A stretch of DNA of 64,000 bases from an uncultured Planctomycetota bacterium (GTDB lineage: Bacteria > Planctomycetota > PLA2 > JAEUHO01). The notes beneath the pieces are model-generated. The model made no database searches. It saw nothing but the letters and a program-made list of their open reading frames with translations, and had not been told where the DNA came from. The DNA is taken from assembly GCA_963752285.1 (NCBI GenBank), contig CAVVXN010000003.1, positions 384,001 to 448,000 of the forward strand, in the 5' to 3' direction. A program made the translations under genes and the position numbers. This document shows positions 27,098 through 36,552 of this stretch, piece by piece (the stretch's first letter is position 1; each line of letters opens with the position of its first letter).

Positions 27098-29848
27098 ATG
27101 TCGAGAACCGTCTTCGCATTCGTCCTCGGAGTGGTCGTCGTGTGCGGGCGCGCGCCCGCCCGTGCGGCGGAGCCCGCCGACGTGGACATTCCGTTCACGA
27201 AGCACGTGCTCGGGAACGGGCTGACGCTCCTCGTCACCGAGGACCACCAGTCGCCGATCGTCGCGGTGGACGTCTGGTACCACGTCGGGTCGAAGAACGA
27301 GCGCCCCGGGCGCACCGGCTTCGCGCACCTGTTCGAGCACCTGATGTTCAACGGGAGCGAGCACCACGACGAGGACTGGTTCCGCGAGATGGCGCACATG
27401 GGCGCCACGCACGTCAACGGCACCACGAGCAACGACCGCACCAACTACTTCGAGACTGTTCCGAAGGGCGCGCTCGACGCGGTGCTGTGGCTCGAGTCCG
27501 ACCGCATGGGCCACCTCGTCGGCGCGATCGACGATGCGAAGGTGGACGAGCAGCGCGGCGTGGTCCAGAACGAGAAGCGACAGGACGACAACGAGCCCTA
27601 CGGCGAGGTTTGGGAGGTCCTGCCCTCCCTCACGTACCCGTCCGGCCATCCGTACTCGTGGCCGGTCGTCGGCTCCATGGCCGACCTCGACGCCGCCTCG
27701 GTGGACGACGTGAAGGACTGGTTCTTGACGTACTACGGCGCGGCGAACGCGGTGCTCTCGATCGCGGGCGACGTGGACACGGCCGAGGTCGTGAAGAAGG
27801 TCGAGCTCTACTTCGGCGACATCCCATCGGGGCCGCCCGTGATGCGGCCCAAGGCGTGGATCGCGAAGCGCACGGGCACGGCCCGCTTCGAGCTCGCCGC
27901 GCGGGTCCCGCAGGCCCGGGTCGAGCGGATCTGGAACACGCCGCCGTGGGGCTCCGTCGAGTCGGAGCTCCTGGACCTCGCCGCCAAGGTGCTCGGGCGC
28001 GGTGAGGGCTCGCGTCTCTACCAGCGTCTCGTCCGGAAGGACCGCCTGGCCACCGACGTCGAGGCGTACCAGGACGACAACGAGATCGGCGGCCAGTTCC
28101 ACCTCGCCGTGACGGCCGCGGAGGGCGTGGACCTCGCGCGCGTCGAGGCGGCTCTCGACGAAGCGCTCCGCCGGTTCCTCACGGACGGGCCGACCGCGGA
28201 CGAGCTGGAGATCGAGAAGACCCAGACCCGGGCCTCGTTCGTCCGCCGACTCGAGCGCCTGGGCGGCTTCGGCGGCAAGGCGGACGTCCTCGCGATGAAC
28301 CAGGTGTTCGCCGGACGACCCGACGCGTGGAAGGACTGGCTCGCCGAGGTCGCGAACGCGACGCCCCAGGCGGTGCGCGACGCCGCGGCGCGTTGGCTCT
28401 CGGACGGGGACGTCGTCCTCGACGTCCTCCCCTTCCCGAAGTTCGTGGCCGCGAAGTCCGGCGCCGACCGCGCGAAGATGCCCGAGGTGCGCACGTCCCC
28501 GGAGGCGCGGTTCCCCGATCTCGAACGCGCGACGCTCGCGAACGGGATGAAGGTGATCCTCGCCCGCCGCGCCGGCGTACCGCTCGTTCGGGCCGAGCTC
28601 CTGGTGGACGTCGGGTTCGCCGACGACCCGAGGGAGGGCCTCGGTACCGCGGCCCTGACGGGGACCCTGCTCACCGCCGGTGCGGGCGACCTCGACGCCG
28701 TGGCGATCCAGCGGACGGCCGACCGGCTCGGCGCGTCCCTCGCGGTCTCGACCGAGCCCGACTCGACGTCGATCACGCTCTCGGCCCTGCGCGAGAACCT
28801 CCGGCCGTCGCTCGCGCTCCTCGCCGAGATCGCGGTCCGCCCGACGTTCCCCGACGCCGAGGTGGACCTCGCCCGCGCCCGGCAGGTCGCCGCGATCTCG
28901 CAGGAGCGGATGGACGCCCGCGGGATGATGATGCGCATCCTGCCTCGCTACCTCTTCGGCGAGGGCGACCGCTACGCCGTGCCGTTCTCGGGCACGGGCG
29001 ACGCGGCGTCGGTCGGGAAGCTCACGCGGGCCGACCTCGTCCGGTTCCACGACCTCTGGTTCCGGCCGAGCCGCGCGACGCTCGTCGTGACGGGCGACGT
29101 CCTTCTCGACGACCTCCTGCCGCGTGTCCGGGAGGGGTTCCTGGGCTGGAAGGAACCCGCCGAGGCGCCGCCGGCCCGCGCGGCGGGCGCGGTCGAGGCG
29201 CCGCACTCCGCGGGGCCCGTCCTCCTGCTCCTCGACCGGCCCGGCGCGCCGCAGTCGGCCATCGTGGCCGCGCAGCTCGTGCCCGCCCGCGGTGACGCCG
29301 AGGAGCTCCCCGTAGACGTGATGAACGGGATCCTCGGGGGCGACTTCATGTCGCGCCTCAACATGAATCTCCGCGAGGGGAAGCACTGGGCGTACGGGGC
29401 GCGCTCCCGCATCCACGACGTCCGGGGGGTCCGTCCGCTCGTCGCGTCCACGTCGGTCCAGACCGACCGGACGGTCGAGTCCGTTCGGGAGATCCTCTCG
29501 GAGTTCCAGGGCCTCGCGGGCGCCCGGCCGGCGACCGACACCGAGGTCGCGCGCGTCGAGGCGTCGATGACCTTGAGCCTCCTCGGACGCTGGGACACGA
29601 GTCGCGCGCTCGGCGAGTCGATCGGCGAGATCGTCACCTTCGGCCTCCCGGACCGCTACTTCGACGGCTACGCGGCGCGCATCCGCGCGATCACGACGGC
29701 GGACGTAGCCCAGGTCGGGAAGCTGCTCCACCCGGATTCGCTCGTCTGGATCGTGGCCGGCGACCGCCGCCGCGTCGAGAAGGGACTCCGCGACCTCGGC
29801 GTCGCCGAGGTGCACGTCGTGGACCCCGACGGGAACGAGGTCGAGTAG
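27098..29848 (+). CDS. M16 family zinc metallopeptidase (pitrilysin/PqqL-like), exported
   Basis: Signal peptide; WYHVGSKNE..GRTGFAHLFEHLMF (HxxEH); LESDRM; SRLNMNLREGKHWAYG. Confidence 0.93.
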   Translation: MSRTVFAFVLGVVVVCGRAPARAAEPADVDIPFTKHVLGNGLTLLVTEDHQSPIVAVDVWYHVGSKNERPGRTGFAHLFEHLMFNGSEHHDEDWFREMAHMGATHVNGTTSNDRTNYFETVPKGALDAVLWLESDRMGHLVGAIDDAKVDEQRGVVQNEKRQDDNEPYGEVWEVLPSLTYPSGHPYSWPVVGSMADLDAASVDDVKDWFLTYYGAANAVLSIAGDVDTAEVVKKVELYFGDIPSGPPVMRPKAWIAKRTGTARFELAARVPQARVERIWNTPPWGSVESELLDLAAKVLGRGEGSRLYQRLVRKDRLATDVEAYQDDNEIGGQFHLAVTAAEGVDLARVEAALDEALRRFLTDGPTADELEIEKTQTRASFVRRLERLGGFGGKADVLAMNQVFAGRPDAWKDWLAEVANATPQAVRDAAARWLSDGDVVLDVLPFPKFVAAKSGADRAKMPEVRTSPEARFPDLERATLANGMKVILARRAGVPLVRAELLVDVGFADDPREGLGTAALTGTLLTAGAGDLDAVAIQRTADRLGASLAVSTEPDSTSITLSALRENLRPSLALLAEIAVRPTFPDAEVDLARARQVAAISQERMDARGMMMRILPRYLFGEGDRYAVPFSGTGDAASVGKLTRADLVRFHDLWFRPSRATLVVTGDVLLDDLLPRVREGFLGWKEPAEAPPARAAGAVEAPHSAGPVLLLLDRPGAPQSAIVAAQLVPARGDAEELPVDVMNGILGGDFMSRLNMNLREGKHWAYGARSRIHDVRGVRPLVASTSVQTDRTVESVREILSEFQGLAGARPATDTEVARVEASMTLSLLGRWDTSRALGESIGEIVTFGLPDRYFDGYAARIRAITTADVAQVGKLLHPDSLVWIVAGDRRRVEKGLRDLGVAEVHVVDPDGNEVE

Positions 29849-29995
29849 CCGAGCGACCGAGCCTTCTTCGCGCCGCGCGGCCGGGCGCACGGACCGGGGA
29901 TCGGGGCCACGTGATAGGGTGGGGATCGCGCGCGGGGCGCGCCGCCCTTCCTGCGCTCGCGGGGAGCGTGGGCGTCCGCTCGGCCCGCCCTCGAG

Positions 29996-31440
29996 GTGTT
30001 CGTGGTGCATCGATCCTCGCTGGCCGGAACGTGGTACCCGGCGGAGGCCGACCGCCTTCGCGAGGACGTGGAGCGTTACCTCGCGCCGGAGCCGCCCCAG
30101 GGCGCGACGCGCGTCCGCGCGCTCCTGCTCCCGCACGCGGGGTACCGCTGGTCGGGCCCCGTCGCGGGGCAGGCCGTCTCGATCTGGAAGGGGCGAAGGG
30201 TCGGACGGGTGGTGGTGATGGGCCCGAGTCATCGCGCCCGGCTGCACAACGCGATCGCGATGCCCTCGTCCGACGAGATCGAGACTCCGCTCGGACGGCT
30301 CGCCGTGGACCGCGGGTTCCTCGACGCCCTGTCGGTCGAGCCGGTCTTCCGGTGGATCCCCGAGGCGCACGTGGGCGAGCACAGCGTGGAGGTCGAGCTT
30401 CCCCTCCTCCAGCAGGCGCTGGGGACCTTCTCTCTCGTCCCGCTCGTCGTCGGCGACCTCGACCCCGACGCGGCGCGTCGGGCCGCCGCCGCGATCGCGA
30501 CACGCCTCGGGCCCGACGACGTCGTCGTCGCGAGCAGCGACCTCACGCACTACGGACCGCGCTTCGACTACGTACCCTTCGACGACGACGTGCCGCGGCG
30601 CCTGCGGGAGCTCGACCTGGGGGCCGTGGAAGCGATCGAGCGTTGCGACCCGGGCGCCTTCACCGAGTACGTGCGCCGCACGGGAGCGACGATCTGCGGA
30701 CGGAGGCCGATCGAGGTGCTGCTCCACATGCTGCCGGCCGACGCCACGGCTCGCCTCGTCGCGTACGACACCTCGGGCGCGATCGGGGGGACTGGGACAG
30801 CTCCGTCTCGTACGCGGCGATGGCGTTCGCGTTCGAGGCGTGGCGGGCACGCGAGGGCGACGCGTCCGATGCGACGGGACCGCGACTCGACCGCGACGAC
30901 CGTCGCGCGCTCCTCGCCCTCGCCCGGCACGCGATCGCGTACCGGCTGGCGAACGGCCGGGAGCCCGACGCGAGAGACCTCGGCTACGAGCCCACGCCCG
31001 GGACCGCCGCGCCTGCGGGGGCGTTCGTGACCCTGGAACGAAACGGTCGCCTCTGCGGCTGCATCGGCCGGCTCGCGGCGGACCGCCCCCTCTGGAAGAC
31101 CGTGGTGAGCGCCGCGATCGGCGCCGCCGTGGGCGACCTCCGCTTCCGGTCCGTCCGGCCGGACGAGGTGGACGCGCTCCAGGTCGAGATCTCCGTCCTG
31201 ACGCCGCTTCGGCCCGTGGCGGACGCCTCCGAGATCGTGCTCGGCCAGGACGGCATCGTGCTCTCGAAGGGCGGACGCTCCGCGACGTTCCTTCCCCACG
31301 TCGCCACGGAGATGCGCTGGGACCTCGCCGCGACGCTGTCCCACCTGGCCCAGAAGGCGGGCCTCGGCGACGACGAGTGGCGCGAGGGCGCGACGCTCCA
31401 GGTGTTCCAGGCCGAGGTGCTCGAGGAGCCGTGCGACTGA
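29996..31440 (+). CDS. AmmeMemoRadiSam protein B (Memo) + protein A (AMMECR1) fusion, frameshifted at a G6 run
   Basis: Memo motifs AGTWYP, PHAGY, GPSH, EHSVEVELP, SSDLTHYG, TICG in the frame of 29996; SVSYA, GAFVTL, GCIG, EISVLT, ATFLP, KAGL continue in the -1 frame after GGGGGG at 30785-30790. Confidence 0.85.
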
Positions 31441-31472
31441 CCCCCGCGTCGGCACGTGCGCCCGAGGGCGGG

Positions 31473-32651
31473 TCAGCGGATGACGGCGCGGACCGCGGCG
31501 GAGCCGAACGCGGACGTCGCGAGCGTGAGGAGCGCGGCCAGGACGACGCTCGCCAGGAGCACGGAGACGATCTCGGCCCACACGACGGTGGCGACCTGGG
31601 CGCGACCGCCGCCGAGCTTCACGAGCGTCTCGATCTCGCGACTGCGGAGCCGGAGCGAGAGCAGGAACACGAGCGCCGCCACCGCGAGCACGGTCGCCCC
31701 GACCAGCACGAACGCCGCGACGACGTAGCTCTGGATCGTCACCACCGTACCGAGGAGGTCGTCGATCACGTCGCGCGGCGCGAGGATCTGCTCTCGCTCT
31801 TGGGGCTCGCCGTAGCGCCCCCGCAGGATCGTCCCGGACTTCACGTCCTTCGGGAGCGCCAGGACGGCGGTCAGGGGGAACGCGGCAGGGTCCCCGTGGT
31901 AGTGGAACGACGACTCGTTCTCGGGCGTCACCTCGTTGTACTGGACCACCGACGAGTTGCCGATGACCACGTCGCCCTCTTTCTTCAGCACCTGGGGCGC
32001 GGAGCTCGGGGCCGCGAGGTCCTCGTGCCCGTGACCGATGCCCTCGATGACCCAGGCGGTCTTCACGTCCACGAAGATCGCGTCGTCGTCGGCGGTCCCG
32101 TTCGGGGTCAGGATCCCCGCGACGTGCATGCGGAGAGGGTAGACGCCCGCGATGTCGAAGACGGTCTCCGGGCTCGTCACGATCTTGGAGCCCGGCTCGA
32201 CCCCGTGCGCCGCGGCGACGCGCGCGCCGACGAGGCACTCGCCGAGGTGGATGAACGACCGCCCTCGGACGACGCGGAGCCCGCGAAATCCGAAGTAGTC
32301 GAGCGTCGTGCCCACGACCGGCGCGCCCTCGGCGTGGAAGCGGACGTAGAGCGGGATCGGTCGTGCGAGGCCGGAGTCGCCGATGCGATCCACCTCGGAC
32401 CACGGGATGCGCTCGGGCGTCTCGCCCGTGAAGTAGAGGGAGCTCAGCACGAGCTCGAGGGGGCTTCCCTTGGCGCCCACCAGCAGCGGCGTCGCCAGGG
32501 CGCGCGACGTCATCTCGGCCTGGCTCTGGCTCACGAGCACCTGGAGGCCCGCCGGGATGAAGAAGATCAGCGTGAGTGCGGTCACCAGGATCGCGGTCTT
32601 GACGCGGTGCGCGAGGAGGTAGCGCCAGGCGAGGTAGACGGCGCCCCTCAC
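31473..32651 (-). CDS. ABC transporter permease (MacB/FtsX-like)
   Basis: LAWRYL, LLVGAKGSPLELVLSSLY, PVVGTTLDYF, LRSREIETLVKLG; GTGA overlap with the ATPase gene. Confidence 0.85.
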   Translation of the reverse strand: MRGAVYLAWRYLLAHRVKTAILVTALTLIFFIPAGLQVLVSQSQAEMTSRALATPLLVGAKGSPLELVLSSLYFTGETPERIPWSEVDRIGDSGLARPIPLYVRFHAEGAPVVGTTLDYFGFRGLRVVRGRSFIHLGECLVGARVAAAHGVEPGSKIVTSPETVFDIAGVYPLRMHVAGILTPNGTADDDAIFVDVKTAWVIEGIGHGHEDLAAPSSAPQVLKKEGDVVIGNSSVVQYNEVTPENESSFHYHGDPAAFPLTAVLALPKDVKSGTILRGRYGEPQEREQILAPRDVIDDLLGTVVTIQSYVVAAFVLVGATVLAVAALVFLLSLRLRSREIETLVKLGGGRAQVATVVWAEIVSVLLASVVLAALLTLATSAFGSAAVRAVIR

Positions 32652-33370
32652 CGTGCGTCCTCCGCCGCCGCGCCGCCCGGGCCCGCCGGCGCCTCCCGGA
32701 GGAGATCGCCCACGTCGAACGTGCGGTCGAAGCGGTCGAGCAGGCCGTGGTCGTGCGTGACGGTCACGAGCGTGGTGTTCCGTCGCCTCGCCTCGGCGAG
32801 GAGCAGGTCGATCACGCGCTCCTTCGTGCGCGGGTCGAGGTTGCCCGTCGGCTCGTCGGCGAGGAGGAGCACCGGCTCGGGCAGGAGCGCGCGGCAGATG
32901 CCGACCCGCTGGCGTTCGCCGTGCGAGAGCTCGCCCGGACGACGGTCGAGCTTCGCCCCGAGGCCGAGGTCGTTCGCGACGGCGCGGGCGCGGTCCACGA
33001 CCGCGCGGTCGAGGTGGAGGCCCGGCGCGATCCGGTAGGGGAGGAGCGCGTTGTCGAGCACGCTCAGGTAGTCGAGGAGCTCGAACTCCTGGAACACGAG
33101 CCCCATCCGGGTGGCCCGGTGCGCGCGACGCGCCCGCTCGGAAAGCTCGTTGACGACCACCCCGTCCACGACGACGCGCCCGCGCGCCGGCACGAGGATC
33201 CCCGCGACGAGGTGGAGGAGCGTCGTCTTCCCGGAACCGCTCGGGCCGATGACGGCCACGGCCTCGCCCCGCGCCACCTCGAGTCTCCCGACCGCGAGGC
33301 AAAACCCGCCCCGGGGATAGGCGAACTCCACGCCCTCGAGGGCGACGGTGGGCGCCGGGGGCTCAGGCAT
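32648..33370 (-). CDS. ABC transporter ATP-binding protein
   Basis: GPSGSGKTT, LSHGERQRV, LADEPTGNLD, VTHD. Confidence 0.93.
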   Translation of the reverse strand: MPEPPAPTVALEGVEFAYPRGGFCLAVGRLEVARGEAVAVIGPSGSGKTTLLHLVAGILVPARGRVVVDGVVVNELSERARRAHRATRMGLVFQEFELLDYLSVLDNALLPYRIAPGLHLDRAVVDRARAVANDLGLGAKLDRRPGELSHGERQRVGICRALLPEPVLLLADEPTGNLDPRTKERVIDLLLAEARRRNTTLVTVTHDHGLLDRFDRTFDVGDLLREAPAGPGGAAAEDAR

Positions 33371-33507
33371 GTCTCGACCGCGTGCGCACCCGGAGGCCTC
33401 CTACGACCGGCACGGGAAGCCTACGTCCGCGCGGGCCCCGGGTTGGCTTCGGTCCGCCCGCCCGGCGCGCTCTCGATCCCGGGACCGGCGGCGCACGGCC
33501 CCGCCCG

Positions 33508-34725
33508 TCACGGGCAGAACGGAGGCGCGCCCGCGGGCAGGAGGACGTTCGTCAGGCAGCGGACGTCGCCCCCGACCTCCACGGTCGCCCGCATGTGGAC
33601 GGGGTGCACGCGGTAGCCCCACGACCTCCAGAGGTCCGCGGCGAGCTCGTCGAGCTCGGGGATCCCGTAGCGGGGGAGGAACACGTCGCAGGCGCCGTCC
33701 GCCGTCTGGATCAGCACGTTGTTCCAGTTGAGGAGCACGCCGGGGCGGTCGCCGCGGGGCTCGCCGTGGAGGATCGGGAGCCGGTACACGCGGTAGCCGG
33801 CGTCCAGGAGCTGGTTCTCGATCGAGGCGTACAGCGCCTTCATGCGGACCTGGGTGTCCTGCCGGAACCGGCCGAGGTCGCCGAAGCTCACCTCGTCCTG
33901 CTCTCGGCCGTCGGCTCCGCGAAACGCGCTCGAGGCCAGGCTCGGGTCGCCGAGAGCCACGGTGCGTTCGCCGAGCGGGGTCAGGAACATGTCGAGGTGC
34001 GGGTAGGGCGCGGCGCCGAGGGCCCGTCCGACGACCAGGACCTCCCGTCCGAGGGTCGTCTCGATGTCCTTCACGAGGGCGTCGGCGCGGTCGTCGGCGT
34101 GACCGACGTTCTTGAGCAGGGTCGTGACGCCGAGGAACGCTCTCGAGCTCGTGAGGATCACGTCCCCGCCCTCGATCACGTACGAGCGGCGGACGACGGT
34201 CAGGTCGGGGGCGAGAGCCTGGAGGGCGTCGGGCACCTCGATGTCGCCGCGCGTCTCGGCCGTCAGGTTCTGGGCGGGGGGGAGCAGCGCGAATCGTGCG
34301 CCGTCGCGGTCGAAGAAGAGATACGGGTCGCGGGCCCACCCGCCGAGGGGCGCGCCGATGGAGAGCACGTCGAGCGAGACGTCGTCGGGCGTCGCGGGCC
34401 GCAGCACCGACTCGGCCACCCGCGCGAGGGCCTCGTCGGGCGCGGCGACCACGACGCGCGTCCCCGCGGGCGCTTCGGCGAGAAGCTGGCGGTAGACCGG
34501 GTCCCGGATCGGGGCGTCGGCCGCCGTGTAGTGCCACACCCACGTCGGGCCCTCGGCCACGGCGGCGGGCGCGGGCGCGGGCGCGGGCCCCTCGGCGCGG
34601 CCGCAGCAGGGCGCTGCGACGAGGACGAGGAGGAGCAGCGTCCGCGACGCGCGACGGGGCGCCCCGCCCGTGGACCGCGCGCCGCGCGTTCGGTTCGCGT
34701 TCGGGGGCGTGGACGGGGCGGACAT
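33508..34725 (-). CDS. Agmatine/peptidylarginine deiminase-like (amidinotransferase superfamily) exported protein
   Basis: WARD, IEGGD, HLDMF, NWNNVL, GGDVRCLT motifs; hydrophobic N-terminal signal ending in Cys. Confidence 0.75.
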   Translation of the reverse strand: MSAPSTPPNANRTRGARSTGGAPRRASRTLLLLVLVAAPCCGRAEGPAPAPAPAAVAEGPTWVWHYTAADAPIRDPVYRQLLAEAPAGTRVVVAAPDEALARVAESVLRPATPDDVSLDVLSIGAPLGGWARDPYLFFDRDGARFALLPPAQNLTAETRGDIEVPDALQALAPDLTVVRRSYVIEGGDVILTSSRAFLGVTTLLKNVGHADDRADALVKDIETTLGREVLVVGRALGAAPYPHLDMFLTPLGERTVALGDPSLASSAFRGADGREQDEVSFGDLGRFRQDTQVRMKALYASIENQLLDAGYRVYRLPILHGEPRGDRPGVLLNWNNVLIQTADGACDVFLPRYGIPELDELAADLWRSWGYRVHPVHMRATVEVGGDVRCLTNVLLPAGAPPFCP

Positions 34726-34960
34726 CCGGTCAGACTATCGACAGAAGTCCCTTCGGATCATCCAATCCGACCGAGCGGAGGTCCCGATCGGCGCCCCCGG
34801 GGCCGCTCCGCGGCGCCTCGACGGGTGCGACCCGCCGGTCGGTTGGTCCCGGCGGATTTCACGGCCGCGTGACCGGGGCTTCATCGAGTTCCCACGATGC
34901 GAGGGCACGCTCGGATCGAGGCGGCCGGCCGCCCGCCGTCCGCTTCGACGGAGCCCCGCC

Positions 34961-35089
34961 ATGGGACCCATTCGAACGACCTTGTCTGCGACCCTCGCGT
35001 TCGTCCTCTTCTGGTTCGGCGCGGTGGGCCTCGTGCCCGCGGACGCGGGTGCTCCACCGACGAACGACGGGGACGCGCGCCCGCAGTAG
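34961..35089 (+). pseudogene. Short ORF that is essentially a signal peptide (possible truncated secreted-protein gene)
   Basis: GGAG then ATG; MGPIRTTLSATLAFVLFWFGAVGLVPADA-GAPP..., stop 39 bp before the repeat element. Confidence 0.3.
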
Positions 35090-35127
35090 CCCGCGCGTCC
35101 GGCGGCCGCGTTCGTGCGCGGGCCCCT

Positions 35128-35385
35128 AGCCCGCACAACCCATGAACCTTCGTGGATCACGCGGCCCTGCGCACGCCAGGACCCCGATGACGGCGTTGCT
35201 CGTCGTCGGCGACCCCCCATCACAGGCATGGACGCGGGGTCGCCTCATCCTCACGCCTTGCCCTCGGGGCCCTGGCGCACAGAGGACTCCCTGTAGGCGG
35301 AGGCGTGACCTTCTTGCGATCGCGACGCGCGCTCGCATCGACGCGTCCGTCCAACACGTCGCGTGCTCCATGGGTTATCCGGGCT
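35128..35385 (+). mobile_element. MITE-like element, copy 1 (about 258 bp)
   Basis: Imperfect 19-bp terminal inverted repeats AGCCCGCACAACCCATGAA / TCCATGGGTTATCCGGGCT; collinear along its length with 54345-54604. Confidence 0.8.
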
Positions 35386-36407
35386 CGTCGTGCGGGCAGG
35401 GGCAGGTCTCGATCGTCACGTGCGCGAGGCCGAGGCCCGGCGGGATCCGTGCGCGGTACGCCTCGGCCGGGCGCGGGTCGTCCGTCACGACCGCGATCTC
35501 GGCGGCCCACAGCCCCGGGCCGATCGACCACACGTGGAGGTCAGAGACGCGGTCGGGCCCGTCGTCTTCGATCGAGACCCGGATCGTCTCGCGCACGGTG
35601 TCGGGCGCCTGGTGGTCGAGGAGCACGTTCCCGGTCTGCCGGAGGAGCGACCACGACCAGCGTGCGACGAGGAGCGATCCGAGCACGCCCATGGCCGGGT
35701 CCATCCAGCGAAGGCCGAAGAAGCGCCCGGCGACGAGCGCGACGATGGCGCAGACCGACGTGAGCGCGTCGGCCAGCACGTGGAGGTACGCCGACCGGAG
35801 GTTGTGATCGTGTCCCGTGCGCGTGCCCGGGCGCGTGCGCGTGCCCGTGCTCGTGCGCGTGATCGTGCGCGTGCTCGTGCGCGTGCGTGTGTGCCCGCTC
35901 GTGCCCGTGGGCGTCGGCGTGCCCCCCGCCGAGGATCGCCGCGCTCAGCGCGTTCACGACGAGGCCGACGGCCGCCACGACGATCGCCTGGTCGAACCAG
36001 ATGGTCACGGGCTGGACGAGGCGCTCGACGCTCTCGACCGCCATCACGAGGGCGAAGACGGCCAGAAGGACCGCGCCGCTGAACCCGCCGAGCGCGTTCA
36101 CCTTGCCCGTTCCGAACGAGAAGCGCGTGTCGTGGGCGTGGCGCCTCGCGTACGCGTACGCGAAGGCCGTGATCGCGAGGGCCACCGTGTGCGAGGCCAT
36201 GTGCAGGCCGTCCGCGAGGAGCGCCATCGACCCATAGACCCCGCCCGCGACGATCTCCGCGACCATCATGGCCGCGGTGATCACGATCACGACCTCGGTC
36301 CTTCGCTCCCCCGCGCGCCGCACCTCCTGGCCGAAGGCGTGCTCGTGCCGCCAGGCCGGGAGGCACGGGTCGTGAAGGTCGGGCGGCGGACTCGAGGCGG
36401 CGGACAC
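35375..36407 (-). CDS. dmeF: DmeF-like cation diffusion facilitator (Co/Ni efflux), frameshifted near 35815
   Basis: WRHEHAFGQ, MALLADGLHMASH, FSFGTGKVNALGGF, His-rich loop; HDHNLRSAYLHVLADALTS, WMDP and DLHVWSIG follow in a shifted frame. Confidence 0.85.
35805..35925 (-). repeat. His-X hexanucleotide tandem repeat (CAC-NNN)n encoding the CDF His-rich loop
   Basis: HADAHGHERAHTHAHEHAHDHAHEHGHAHAPGHAHGHDH read directly. Confidence 0.8.
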
Positions 36408-36552
36408 GCGCCCCACCCTACCGCCGTCCCGTCCTGCGCGCCGCGTGCTGCGGGCCTCCCGACCGTGACCGGCGGCGCGCGGTCCCCGGCGGTTCCGGCG
36501 GCGGGGGGGGCGGTATCCTCCACGGGGTTCGGGGGACGGGCGCGGGGGCGAC

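Noticed and set aside
35126..35371. Similar short ORFs inside the repeat copies (for example MEHATC../MKHATC..)
   Set aside because: The similarity simply reflects the DNA repeat; frames differ between copies and there is no transposase motif.
35805..35925. Tandem repeat as a CRISPR array or VNTR locus
   Set aside because: It is the coding His-rich loop of the CDF transporter; there are no spacers or cas genes.
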